A stretch of DNA of 64,000 nucleotides from Lama guanicoe (Eukaryota). The stretch spans positions 2,357,104 through 2,421,103 of the forward strand of contig MU054098.1 in the NCBI GenBank assembly GCA_013239625.1, written 5' to 3'. Positions within the stretch are counted from its first letter, which is position 1. Each line of letters opens with the position of its first letter. Shown here in pieces: positions 13,745-26,526 of the stretch. The notes under the pieces were generated by a model. It was not told the origin of the DNA. It saw nothing but the letters and a program-made list of their open reading frames with translations, and made no database searches. Position numbers and translations under genes: made by a program.

Positions 13745-14506
13745 TTTGATTCCAACCCTCATAAATGACTCTGAGGGGTTCAAGACCTCAGTGAAGGAAG
13801 TTACTGCAAATGTGGTGGAAATGGCAAGAGAACTAGAATTAGAAGGGGAACCCGAACATGTGACTGAGCTGCTGCAATTTTATGATAAAACTTCAGTGGA
13901 TGAGGAGTTGCTTCTTATGGATTAGCAAAGAAAGTGGTTTCTTGAGATGGAATCTACCCCTGGTTAAGATGTGAAAATTGTTGAAATGACAACAAAGGAT
14001 TTAGAATATTACATAAACTCAGTTGATAAAGCAGAAACAGGGTTTGAGAAGACTGATTCTAATTTTGAAAGACATTCTATGTGCGTAAAATTCTATCAAA
14101 CTGCATTGCATGCTACAGAGAAATCATTCATGAAAAGGAGAGTCAATCAATGTGGCAAACTTCATTGTATTATTTTAAGAAATTGCCACAGCCACCCCAA
14201 CCTTCAGCAGTCACCACCCTGATCAGTCAGCAGCCATCAACATAGAGGCAAGATCATCACCAGCAAAAAGATTACAACTGTTGAAGGGTCAGAGATAATG
14301 GTTAGCATTTTTTAGCAATAAAGTAAGGTATGTAGTGTTGATTTTTAAACATAATGCCATCTCACACTTAATAAATTACATTATAGTGTAAACATAACTT
14401 TTACATGCACTGGAAAACCAAAAAATCATGTGACACGCTTTATTTCAATATTTGCTTTATTGTGGTGGTCTGTAACCGAACCTGCGGTATCTCTGAGATA
14501 TGCCTA
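13745..14506 (+). mobile_element. Tigger1 (pogo-like Tc1/mariner) DNA transposon, 3' part with decayed transposase C-terminus and right TIR
   Basis: The ORF fragment EGFKTSVKEVTANVVEMARELELEGEPEHVTELLQ..DEELLLMD matches the Tigger1/TIGD1 transposase C-terminus. A stop sits where EQRKWFLEMES is expected. Ends in TIR-like atctctgagatatgcct. Confidence 0.92.
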
Positions 14507-14507
14507 T

Positions 14508-15460
14508 GTTCAGCATCATTAACCATCAGAGAGATGCAAATTAAAACCACAATGATATATTCCTACACACCCATTAGAATTGTTTAAAAAATATTGACAA
14601 CACCAAATGCTGAGGGCTATGCAGATCAATAAGATCATTCATATTTGCCACTGGGAATTTAAATGGCACAGCCACTCTAGAAAGAAGTTTGGCAGTTTCT
14701 TATAAAACTAAACATGCAACTACCATATGACCCAGCAGTTGTACTCTTGAGTATTTATCACAGAGAACTAAAATTTCATGTGTACACAAAAACATGTACA
14801 TGGATATCAATAGAAGCTTTACTCAGTTTTCAAAAACTGGATTCAACCCAGATATCCTTGAACAGTAAATGATCAAATGATTAAACAAACCATGTTACAC
14901 CCATACCACAGAAAATTACCCGGCTGTAAAAAGGAACAAACTATTGATAGAAGTAATGACTTGGATAAATCTCTAGAAAATTAGGCTGAGTAGGGGAAAA
15001 AACGCCAGTCACAAAAGGTTAACATTCTGCATGATTCCATTTATATAATTGTTTAATGACAAAATTACAGAAATAGAGAATATATTTGTGATTGCTAGGG
15101 GTTAAGGACAGGTTTGGGGGACTACTAGGGAGGTGAGTTTGCTTATAAAAGGGCAACACAGAGGACCTTATGGTTATTGAACTGTACTTGATCTTGGTTG
15201 CGGTGGTGGTCACACAAATCTGCTCATGTGATAACACTGCATAGAAGTACACACAAACATACATACAACAAGTAAAATTGGGGAAATCTGAATACAATAA
15301 TAGGGTTGTATCAATAATAATTTCCTGGCGTGATATGTTCTATATTTATACGAGATGCCATCATTGGTAGAACCGAGGTAAAGCATACTTGGGATAGCTC
15401 TGTGTTATTTCATACAAAATGCATGTAGCAAAATTACCTTGAAATTAAATGTTTTAAAAG
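14508..15460 (+). mobile_element. Old L1 (L1MC-like) ORF2 end and 3' UTR
   Basis: gagatgcaaattaaaaccacaatg...tggcacagccactctag...accatatgacccagcag...tattggggaaatctgaat-like L1MC 3' features. Confidence 0.85.
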
Positions 15461-16349
15461 TCAATGCACATTTTAAATAGTCAACAGACAATGCAAAATC
15501 AATGTCCTAAAATGAATGTACTTCTTACACAGAAGGAGGCTCTCCTGCAGGCTCTTGTTTCAACCTAATTTGATTTTTCAGAGGCTCTTTTTCTCTTTAT
15601 TACATGGATCTCAACTGTGTTCCCAATGGGTTAGGTGCTTTTTAGTCTCCTCTCCTTCTTTCTGTGTTATTACTTATATTTCTCTGGTCCTCGACATGTT
15701 TTGAGAACACTATAACCACTAATGAAAGGCACTTACTCTCTTAAAAATTCTCTTGGGACACAGGTGAGCAGAGAATTCCCTTTGAGGCATCGAGGACTGC
15801 ATGCAAGTGATTTATACAACAAAGTAGAATCAATACAATGACAGAACAAGGAGAGGGTGAGACTCAAATAATGATAATTGAAGAGATTATTTTTCATTAT
15901 GCCTTTTACTTCTCTTGCTTTGTATACTCCCTCTATTCCACTACTCTTGATTCTCCATACTACCCCTGACAAATGCAGAAGGCTACCTCTAGGCTGGGCA
16001 GCTTGTTGGGGTAATAGATACCAGACTTTCAAAGGGAGTATGTGTTCAAACCAGCAGAGCCATTCAGAATGACTGTAGACTCATAAATGATGTTCCACCC
16101 CAATTTCTGGTTTGCTCCCTTGGCTTTTGCCCAGGATCATCCCCCCAACTTTGGTGCTCAAATTTATAGCCCCACTCAGGTTTGGATGTTATGGGTAACA
16201 TATTGTTCAGTCTGTTATCGGAGCCTGTCCTTCTCCCCAATTCCTGATTCACTAACTGGATTCTGTTGTCTATCTGTTGACTTCTGCCATTTTTGACCCC
16301 TCTGTATCTTGGCACTTGCAGCCCATGTTGGCTTAGCTCACTACACAGC

Positions 16350-16600
16350 AAAATAGTTGAATGCCCAATCTCTGGAGTTAGACTGCCTAAGTTTGAATTA
16401 TTAACTTCCCCCTTACTGTCTGGGGGACTTTGAAAAGCAACCTTACCTCTCTAGATTTTAATTTCATCTGTAAAATGGGTATAATAATGATTGTTATCTC
16501 TAAGTTGTGGTGAGGATTCAATGAGCTATGTAAAGCACTTAGAACAGTGCCTGGCACATAATAAATGAACTAATGCACGCAAAGTTATTACTACTGTGCC
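16350..16600 (+). mobile_element. MIR SINE remnant
   Basis: tctggagttagactgcct...catctgtaaaatgggtataataat...gcacttagaacagtgcctggcacata. Confidence 0.8.
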
Positions 16601-17694
16601 TGCCACTAGTAAATGCTCCATAAATTTTAACTATTACTTCTACTACTACTACTCTACTACTCTTCATATAATTAAGAAAGGAAAAATATTTTTAAATCTG
16701 AAGAAAGATGATCTGAAGTAGAACTTTGCTGTGCAATGTGATTAACAGCCCCTTCTGGGAAATTAGATCCATCCAAATCGTCTTATGAGGAATGACGTAC
16801 ACAGCAGTCAGTCTCATGACATGCCTAATAACTTTTAACTAGATATTCTTTTCTTGATGCTAATCTAACAATTTTATTTACTACTCTTTCATTCTTTAAA
16901 AAAAATCTCCAAGAAAGAAATATAGATGGAAAGAGGGAAGCTAGGAGAAGGTTAATGAAGCCCTTCCCTCCCCCCCCATCATCCCATCCATTCTTCCTCA
17001 AGGAGCTAGAAGGAAAGACAAGATATATCCATTGGTCTCTTAGCACTCTTTTAAGGACTTACATGTACTGCTTACCTCTTGAATCTTATCTCATACCCAC
17101 TCTGCCCTTAGCTCACTAAACTCCTCCATGAACAGTTCTTTCTCTCCCTTACACAGGTAAAGCTCTTTTTTGCTTCAGGACCTTAGTATCTTTGTATCTT
17201 GTGCTCCTTTTGCTGGGCCACTTTCGCAATTCCACTGCTTTCCCCTAGTTTCAGCACAGAGTCCTATCCAGTCCCTTATCATAGAGATTATACATAGTTA
17301 ACACTCCATGGTACTCCACAGTTCTCCATAGTAACACTCTGCACAACTTTAATCAGCTGCTTTATCTTTGACACAAAACCTGAAGTCCTCACCACATAGT
17401 CAGTATTCAAGAAATGTTGGATGGATGAATGGATAGAAGAACTAAAGGGGGGACAGATGAGTGAATGAATGGATGAGTAAATGGATGAATAAATATCACA
17501 GATAGGTTACAGAAAAATACAAATATTCACAGAACTACTGAATAATAGAGGACAAAAGAAACTCAATGACTTTTTAGCATAATCCTCATCATTCCTAACT
17601 TAGAAACTGAGCCCAGAAAAAAGAATGTGGCCTGGTTAAGATCTCTAGTTAGTGGCAAAGTCAGGATCAGAATCTGGGTCTCTCAACTATGTTA

Positions 17695-17850
17695 TTCATT
17701 CACTCATACATTAATTCAACAAATATCTATTGAGAGCCTACTACATAGGCTCTGGGGATATATTAGTAAACAAATCAGACAAAAATTCCTATCCTCTTGG
17801 AGCTTATACACTAGTGGGGAGAGAGACACAATAAACAAGGTAAGTAAATT
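17695..17850 (-). mobile_element. L2 LINE 3' end
   Basis: ttcattcactc...caacaaatatctattgagagcctact...ctcttggagcttatacactagtggggagagagaca. Confidence 0.75.
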
Positions 17851-18254
17851 TGTGCTAGAAAGTAACATATCCATTTCTGTTCCTTGAACACACACTGAAT
17901 TTATTGTCAATTTATTTGCTATTATTTGAGAATTTAAAAAAATGAAAGTAGTATATCCAAAGTTTTTTCCTTCTGCCCCATTTATCCAGGCATGCACATA
18001 CCTTCTTCAGAGCATGCTCCCCTGCCTGTGGACTATCACAACCCTAGATCTCTTTAGTACTCCATTTTCTGACAAGCCACATTTTTTGCTGTGTTCTAAT
18101 TCCATGCCATATGCTCAGCATCAGACCCTTAAATAAGGCCTTCTGCTCTGAAACTTTTTTCTTCTTCTCTGTACCATGGAAAAGCAGTCAGGGATTAGCT
18201 ATTTATGAGGCTGTGAAGAGAAATGGTCATAAAAGTGACATTTACAGAAACTAA

Positions 18255-21200
18255 TTTGGGACTTCTGCTTCCAGGAATATGTGGCAGACATACATCTCCC
18301 TATTTCTCCCACTAAGTACAACTAAAATCCTGAAAATTATATTAAAAATAAACATAAGAAGATTCTAAAAGGTGAAGAGATAAAAGCTCACCAGCTAGGG
18401 ACCTCAGGACCCTGGGAACAAATGTGGACATGAGGTTCCTAGGTTTTTGTTTTGTTTCCTATAACTGAAACTTGTAGCTGAAGATAATGATAACCTGGTA
18501 GTGCCAGTGGGTGCAGACAAAAAAAAGCCCCAACAAAAGCCTGCTCTCTCTAGTCAGAGGACCAGGAAAGAAGAAGTTTAACAGAGAGGAAACTTTTAAA
18601 CAATACAGTAATACTGCTCTACTCAAGCCATACAACCACAAAGAAAACCTTAGCCTCATCCCCATCAGTAACGGCAGAATGGACAGCTTAGACTTCCACA
18701 CTCACAAGGTTGTAATGAGGCAGTCAAACCTCCATGCTAGGATAGAGCCAGATAAGGCCAAGTAAGAAGTTGATACTTTCATCATTGTATCACCAAGAAT
18801 TAGCTTACCCCTCTACAGTGTCAGTGGAGACCAAGTGGGGAACCTGGATTTCCACCCCTCCCCAATATTAACAGGGGTCCATCCCTGTCCCTACTCCAAT
18901 TAACAACTGCAGAAAACACATACTTTCCCAGTACCTATGTGCATATGGCAAGACAGACCATATTCTGAGTTATAAAACAAACCTCAACAAATTTAAAAGA
19001 ATTTAAATCACACATACTATGTTCTCAAACCATAGTGGACTCAAACTGGAAATCAGTAACAGAAAGATAAAAGGAAAATATCAAAACATCTTGGTAACTA
19101 AAGAACAAACTTCAAAATAATCAATAGCTGAAAGAAAAATACTCAAAGGAAATTTTTAAAAATACATGGAGATGAATGAAAAGAAAAATACAACATATCA
19201 AAATTTGTGGGACACAGCTAAAGCTGGGCTGATAGGGAAATATGCAGTAATAATGCACACATTAGAAAAGAGGGAATCCTCAAAACAATAAAATAAGCAC
19301 TCACCTCAAGTGCTAGAAAAATAAAAGAGCAAAATAAATCCAAAGTAAGCAGAAGACGGGGGTGGGAAGGGACTGGGATTTCAAAATGTAGAATAGATAA
19401 ACAAGATTGTACTTTGCAGCACAGGGAAATATATACAGGATCTTGTGGTGGCTCGCAGCGAAAGAGAATGTGACAATGAATGTATGTATGTTCATGTATA
19501 ACTGAAAAATTGTGCTCTACATTGGAATTTGACACAACATTGTAAAATGACTATAACTCAATTTAAAAAATGTTTAAAAAAAGTAAGCAGAAGAAAGAAA
19601 TTCATAAAGGAGAGAAATCAATGAAATTGAAAAGAGAAAAGCAGTAGATAAAAATCAATGAAACAAAGAGTTAATTCTTTGAAAAGATCAATGGAATTGA
19701 CCACCCTCTAAAAAAAACTGAGGGGGATAAAGAGAGAAAAGTCACAAATTACCACTGGGGACTAAAACAGGGTTTATCATCACAAACCCTGCAGACATCA
19801 CAAAGATAAAAAGTGAATTTAGTATGGAAAACTCTACACACATAAATTTGAGAACTTAGATGAAATGAATCAATTTCTCAAAAAAGAAAATCTACTAAAA
19901 TTTAACCAATATGAAATAGATAATATACAAAGGTCTATAACTATTAAGGAAATTGAAGTTGTAATTTTAAAACTGACAAAAAAGAAATCTCCAAACCCAA
20001 ATAGTTTCACTGCAGAATTCTCCCCAAAATTTAAAGAACTAACACCAATTCTACACACTTTCTTCCAGAAAATAGAAGAGAAGGGAATGTTTCTCAATTC
20101 ATTTTATGAAGGTAGTATTAACCTGATACCAGAACCAGATAAAAGACAGTACATAGAAAGAAAAATTTCAGACCAATATTCCTCATGAACATAGACACAA
20201 TAATCCTTTACAACATATTAGCAATTAGAATTCAGCAATATATGAAATGAATTATAAATGATGACCCAGTGGGGTTTATTCCAGGAATTCAAGATTGGTT
20301 CAATATTCAAAAGACATGTAATATAATCCATCACATTAGCAGGATAATGAAGAGTAATCAGATAACCCTATCAATGATGCAGAAAAAGCATTTGAAAAAA
20401 ATTGAACACCCTCTGTGACAAAATCTCTCAGAAAAATAGGCATAGAAAGGAACTTCCTCAACTTGACAAAGAGAATCTACAAAACAGCTATAGCTAATAT
20501 TATAATTAATGGTGAAAGATTGAAGTTTTATTCCCCAGATGGAGAACAAGTCAAGGATTTATGATCATATTACTTGTATTTAATACAGTGCTGGAAGTTC
20601 TAGTCAGTATAAAAAAGCAAGAAAAGTAAATAAAACACACACAGATAGTAAAGAAAGAAACACAATTGTCTTTCTTTGCAAATGACATGATTGTCTACAT
20701 AGAAAATCCCAAGGAATTTACAAAATCTATAAAGGATTGTCTAGAACTATTAAATGAGTTCAGTAAGAATGCAGGATACAAAATAAACATTAAAAATTGT
20801 GTTTCTTTATACTAGTGATGAAAATTTGGACAATAAATTAAAAATACAATTTGTGCAAAATATGAATTACTTAGGTTTAATCTAATAAAACATGTATGAC
20901 TTGTATGCTGAAAACTACATAACTGATGAAGGAAGTCAAAGAACATCAAAATAAATGAAGAGATATACCATGTTCATGGATTGGAAGAACAATAGTTCAA
21001 CACAGTAAAAAGATGGGAATTCTCCCTAGATTAATAAATGGGTTTAATTCCTATTAAATTTCCTATCAAAATTTCAGCAAGATGTCTTGTAGATATGGAC
21101 AAAATTATCCTAAATTTTTATGGAAAGGCAAAGAAAGTAGAGTAGCTAAAGCAATTTTTAAAAAGAATAGCAAAGTAATAAGAATCAGAGAAAAGTGGTA

Positions 21201-21870
21201 AGAATCAATCTACCTGAATTCAAGAATTACTACACAGCAATAACAAGCAAGACAGCATTGTATTAGCATAGAGACACATAAATTAATGAAACATAGTAGA
21301 GAATCCAAAAATAGATCCCAAATATGCCCAAATGATTTTTTTTACAAAGATGCAAAAGAATTCAGTGGAGGAAAGATGGCTTTTCCAACAAATGGTAATG
21401 GAGCAATTTGACGATGACAGGCAAAAACATATAAACAAACAAAAAAACTTGACCAAAATCTCATGCACACCTTACACCAAAAAAAAAAAAATTCAAAATG
21501 GATCACTGATTTCAATGTAAAATCTGAAATGATACAGAAAAAAAAGATTAAAACTTCAGGATTTAGAAGTACATAAAAAGTTCTTAGACTTAATACTAAA
21601 GATATTAATTCATAAAAGGAAATATCAATTAATTTGAACTCATCAAAACTAAAAACTTCTCTGTTAAAGACACTGTTCAGAGGATGAAAAGATAAGCTAC
21701 AAATGGAGATAAAATGTTTGAAACATACATATCTGACAAAGGGCTAGTATCTAGAATATATAAAGAAATTCCCAAATTAGCAGGAATAAAACAATTAAAA
21801 CATGCACAAATGATATGAAAATATATTTTAATGAAGAGGATATACGATGGCAATTAAGCACATAAAGCAA
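18255..21870 (+). mobile_element. Old degenerate L1 (L1M class): 5'-end-like segment plus ORF2 endonuclease/RT remnants, with no ORF1 visible
   Basis: The ORF2 fragment at 19865 (NQFLKKENLLKFNQYEIDNIQRSITIKEIEVVILKLTKKKSPNPNSFTAEF...SFYEGSINLIPEP) is L1 ORF2-like. gcaaatgacatgattgtctac is the decayed YADD region. Many stops and frameshifts. Confidence 0.88.
19357..19579 (+). mobile_element. Young lineage-specific (camelid-type) L1 3' UTR fragment nested in the older L1
   Basis: 15-bp TSD aaagtaagcagaaga at 19342-19356 and 19580-19594. Homologous to the 3' UTRs at 42.9 kb and 59.4 kb. Confidence 0.93.
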
Positions 21871-21889
21871 TTACAAATCTATGCTGATG

Positions 21890-22866
21890 AGGACACAATG
21901 CTTAAAACTGTAATTTGTGACAATACCAGTATAAAGGAGGGGAGCACAAAGCCATGGATAAATAAAGTTTTGTATACTATTGAAATTAACTTGGTATTAA
22001 TCTGAAATAGATTGTTACAATTGAAGTGTTAATGACTGTTCCCAAGTCAACCACTAAGAAAATAACACAAAACAAACTACAAAGAATGAAAATGGTACAC
22101 CAGAAAATATCTACTAAACACAAAAGAAGTCAGTACTGGAGGAACTGATGAAGAAAAAAAGACATAAAACATACAGAAAATAAACGGCAAAACATCAGAC
22201 ATAAATCTACCTTATCAGTAATTAAATTAAATGCAAATGATGCCAGAACAATTTGATTAGGGATAAATAATCTTAAAGTTGCTGGCACTAATGGATATCC
22301 ACATACAAAGAAACTTAATGGGGGACTCCTACCTCAGACTATTTATAAAATTAATTCAAACTGGATCAACGACTCGAATATAAGAGCTAAAACCATAAAA
22401 TAATTAGAAGAAAACAGGTGTAAATCTTTGTGATCTTGCATTAGTATGGCTTCTTAGATATGACACCAAAAGCACAAGCAATCAAAGAAAAAATAAGTTG
22501 TACTTAATAAAATTTTAAAACTTTTGTGCTTCAAAGAATAGAAAAAGAAAAGTTTAAAAATGCAAAGAATGGGAAAAGATACTAGCAAATCATATATCTG
22601 ATAAGGGCCTAATATCCAGAGTATATAAAGTACTCCTGTAACTCAATATTTTTTTTAAAAAAAAACCTAATTTTTAAAATGGTCAAAATATTTGAATAGA
22701 TATTTCCGCTAATAAGATATACCAATGGCCAAGGCATACATGAGAAGATGCTTAACATTATTAGTCATTAGTGAAATACAAATCAAAGCAGGGTGAGATT
22801 CCACTGCAATAACCACCAGACACACTATAATCAAAAAGACAGACAATAACAAGTCTTGGTGAGAAT
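21890..22866 (+). mobile_element. Old L1 (L1MB-like) fragments: inter-ORF-like segment fused to late ORF2
   Basis: agattgttacaattgaagtgttaat...caaccactaagaaaataac, then late-ORF2 motifs ttcttagatatgacaccaaaagcacaagc and catatatctgataagggc. Confidence 0.75.
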
Positions 22867-25012
22867 ATAATAATACTTACTAGTGAAAAGCTGAAAGTCT
22901 TCCTGCTAAATTCAGGAAAAAGACAAGGATATCCACTCTAAACACTTCTATTCAACATAGTACTGGAAGTCCTAGCCACAGCAATCAGACAAGAGAAAAA
23001 AAATAAAAATTATCCAAATTGGAAAGGAAGATGTAAAACTGTCACTATTTGCAGATGACATGCTACTCTATATAGAGAACCCTAAAGTTTCCTCACAAAA
23101 GTTATTAGAACTAATTAATATATCCAAATCTGTTGCATTTGTTTATACTAGCAATGAAATATCAAAAAGAGAAAGTCAAAAAGCCGTCCTGTTTAAAACT
23201 ATGTCAAAAAAAAATACCTAAGAATAAACTTAACCAAGGAGGTGAAAGAGCTATACGCTGAAAACTATAAAAGATTGATAAAGGAAATTGAAGATGATTC
23301 AAAGAAATAGAAAGATATCCTGTTCTCTTGGATTGGAAGAAATAATACCACCCAAAGCAATGTACAGATTTAATGCAATCCCTATCAAATTATCCCTGAC
23401 ATTTCTCACAGAACTAGAACAAATAATCATAAAGTTGATATGGAACCACAAAAGACGCAGAGTTTCAAAGCAATCCTGAGGAAAAAGAACAAAGCTGGAG
23501 GTATAACCCTTCTAGACTTCAGACTATACTACAAATCTACAGTAATCAAAACAGCATGGTATTGGCACAAAAATAGATATATACATCAATGGAACAGAAT
23601 GGAGAGCCCAGAAATAAACCCACACGCCTTTCATCAATTCAGCTTTGACAAAATAGGCAGGAATACACAATGGAGAAAAGACAGTCTCTTCAACAAGTTG
23701 TGTTGGGAAAGCTGGAAGCTACATGTAAATTAATGTATTAGACCACTCCTTCATACCATATAAAAAATAAACTCAAAATTGCTTAAAGACCTAAATATAA
23801 GAAGGCATCATATAACTCCTAGAAGAGAACATAAGCAAAATATTCTCTGACATACATGGTAGCAATATTTTCTTAGATCAGCCTCCCCAGGCAAAAGAAA
23901 TAAAAGCAGAAATAAACAAATGGGACCTAATTAAACTTAAAAGCTTGTGCACAGCAAAGGAAACCGTTGACAAAAAGACAACCTATAGAATGGAAGGAAG
24001 TATTCACAAATAATATGACCTACAAGTGCTAATGCCCGAAATATACAAACAGCTCATACAACTCAATATAAAAAAAAAACAATCCAATCAAAACATGAGT
24101 GGCAGACCTAAATTGACATTTTTTCAAAGAAGACATACAGATGGCCAATAGGCACCTGAAAAGATGTTCAGCATCACAAATAACTAGAGAAATGCAAATC
24201 AAAACTACCACGAGGTATCACCTCACATCGGTCAGAATGGCCATCAAAAAGTCTACAGATAATAAATGCTGGAGAGAATGTGGAGAAAAGGAAACTCACA
24301 CACAGTGTTGTTGGGAATGTAAACTGGTGCAGCCACTATGGAAAACAGTATGGAGGTTCCTTAAAAAAATAAAAATAGAGTTACCACATGATCCAGCAAT
24401 CCAACTCCTGGGCATATATTTGGAAAACAATGAAAACTCTAATTCAAAAAGATGCATGAATCCCAATCTTCACAGCAGTACTATTTGCAATAGCCAAGAC
24501 ATGGAAACAACCCAAGTGCCCATCAATATATGATTGGTTTAAGAAGATGTGATACACACATATACAGATACATTCACACAGTGGAATATTACTCAGCCAT
24601 AAAAAAGAATGAAATCTTGTCACTCACAGCAATATGGATGGACCTAGGGAATATTATACTTAGTGAAGTAAGTTAGACAGAGAAAGATAAATACTGTATG
24701 ATATCACTTATATGTGGAATCTAAAAAACAATACAAATGAATTTATACACAAAGCAGAAACATACTAAGAGACATAGAAAAGAAACTTATGGTTACCAAA
24801 GGGGAGAGTGGAGGGGGGAGGGACAAATTAGAAGATATAAATTACTATATATAAAATGGATAAGCAACAAGGATTTACTGTATAGTGCAGGGAATTATAT
24901 TCAATATCCTGTAATAAGTAATGGAATATAATCAGAAAAAAATACTGAAACACTATGCTGTATGCCTGACACACAATATTGTAACTCAACTATAATCCAA
25001 TAATTTTTTAAA
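22867..25012 (+). mobile_element. Intermediate-age 5'-truncated L1 (artiodactyl/camelid-type): ORF2 3' half and 3' UTR
   Basis: tttgcagatgacatg (FADD RT motif). ORF fragments [37 protein letters not shown] and [45 protein letters not shown] (ORF2 C-terminal cysteine-rich region). Confidence 0.95.
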
Positions 25013-25232
25013 AAGCAGACTATGGGTTACTAGGGGTTGGAGGCAGATAAAAATAGGGAGTGACTTCTTAATGGGTATGAGATTTCTTTTGGGCTTCATA
25101 AATATATTCTGGAATTAGATAATGGTAATGGTTGCATAACATTGTGAACATACTGAAAGGCACTGAGTTGTACACCTTAAAATGGTGACTTTTACTGTAT
25201 GTGAATTACATGTGAATTTAAAAATAAAAAAA
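25013..25232 (+). mobile_element. Old L1MB-like 3' terminus, probably the tail of the host element upstream of 22867
   Basis: ggttactaggggttgg...taatgggtatgagatttcttttggg...ttctggaattagataatgg...tgtgaatttaaaaataaaaaa. Confidence 0.8.
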
Positions 25233-26516
25233 TCCAAGTTGTCCCATATAGCAGATTTATGTATGATTTTTGACGAATTATTTAAACTCCTTCTGTGTCT
25301 AATTTTGTTTCCTCAAGTATAAAATACTGACAGTAGTAGATACCTCATAGGGTTGTTTCTAGGAATAAGAATAAAAATATAATTCCCCTGACATAAGGCC
25401 TGATTTATAGTGATTATTTAGTATATTCTACTATTATCATAATAATAATTATTGTTTGCTAGCAGAATGAGGATAAGTTATACTAGCCAAAGTTTAAGAT
25501 GTTGCAACCCACAGTTGGCCTACCTTGATGACTGTTTCCTTTCGTCTTCTTCTCACTGAAGGGTATGTTTCTAATTTTCAAGCACTCTGTATTTTCTTAT
25601 TCATAGATGTGGCTGTTCACCAACAATCTAGTTTCTCATTTCTCTTCCCCCGTTTGATTGGTAAGATTAGTGCCATTTTGAGTTCTTATCAATTTATGCT
25701 GAATATTTGGGAAGACATATATGAAGCTAAGCAATATGCATAGTGCCAAAATCTTTGGAGAACTCAGCACCTTTTGAGACTTTCCAGTGCAATGAGAGGC
25801 AGTTCTATGCCACAAGATGCCAAAAATCACTTGGTGAGATCACTGAGGACAGCATGTCTGAACTGAAGGTGAAGGTCACATTTGCAGGTTTACGCCTCCC
25901 ATTGGTCTTTCAAAATGCCTATACCCTTCTTCTTTGTTGACAGGAGAAGGAAGCTGAAGTGGAAGGAGATCCTAAAATATCTTAAACAATGATGAAGGGA
26001 AAATTACCTTTGTAAAATGCAGCAAAAGGGTTCTACTTTGATTTGTGCTTAAGATATTTTGATGCCTAATCCCATGGTGACAGCATGCATAAAATGAACA
26101 TTTCTAAAATTATTTCAAGCAGAACTGGTCTAGGCTTTTCTCTACGATACCCCAGAATTCCAGGAAAGCCACAGATGCCAAGAACGGTGAGGGGAAGGGG
26201 AGAGAGTAGAAGGCAAGGAAAGGGTTCCCAGCAGCCATATATTTTATCTTTAAAGTTAATGAAGAATCTAGATATGCTGACTCCAAGTCCATTGCTCTTT
26301 CCACAGCACCCATATGGCTTCTAATGGGAATATGTCAGAGATCAAGACTATTTTGATGAGAAGGAAGTATTAGGAAAGGACACATGCAATCTTCTAATAG
26401 AACAGGCCAGGATGGGGCACTTAGAAACTAAGTACAGGTTAGAAGGAGGCAGAAACATCAATCAGTAGAGCACAAAGTCTACACTTCACTTGTGTTTTTG
26501 TTTTTTTTTTTTTTTT

Positions 26517-26526
26517 NNNNNNNNNN
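26517..26526. other. Assembly gap (10 N)
   Basis: Run of 10 n directly after a T16 tract. Confidence 1.

Noticed and set aside
13689..14222. Possible TIGD1-like domesticated transposase
   Set aside because: Only the C-terminal part is present, with an in-frame stop and a frameshift. It is a Tigger1 fossil.
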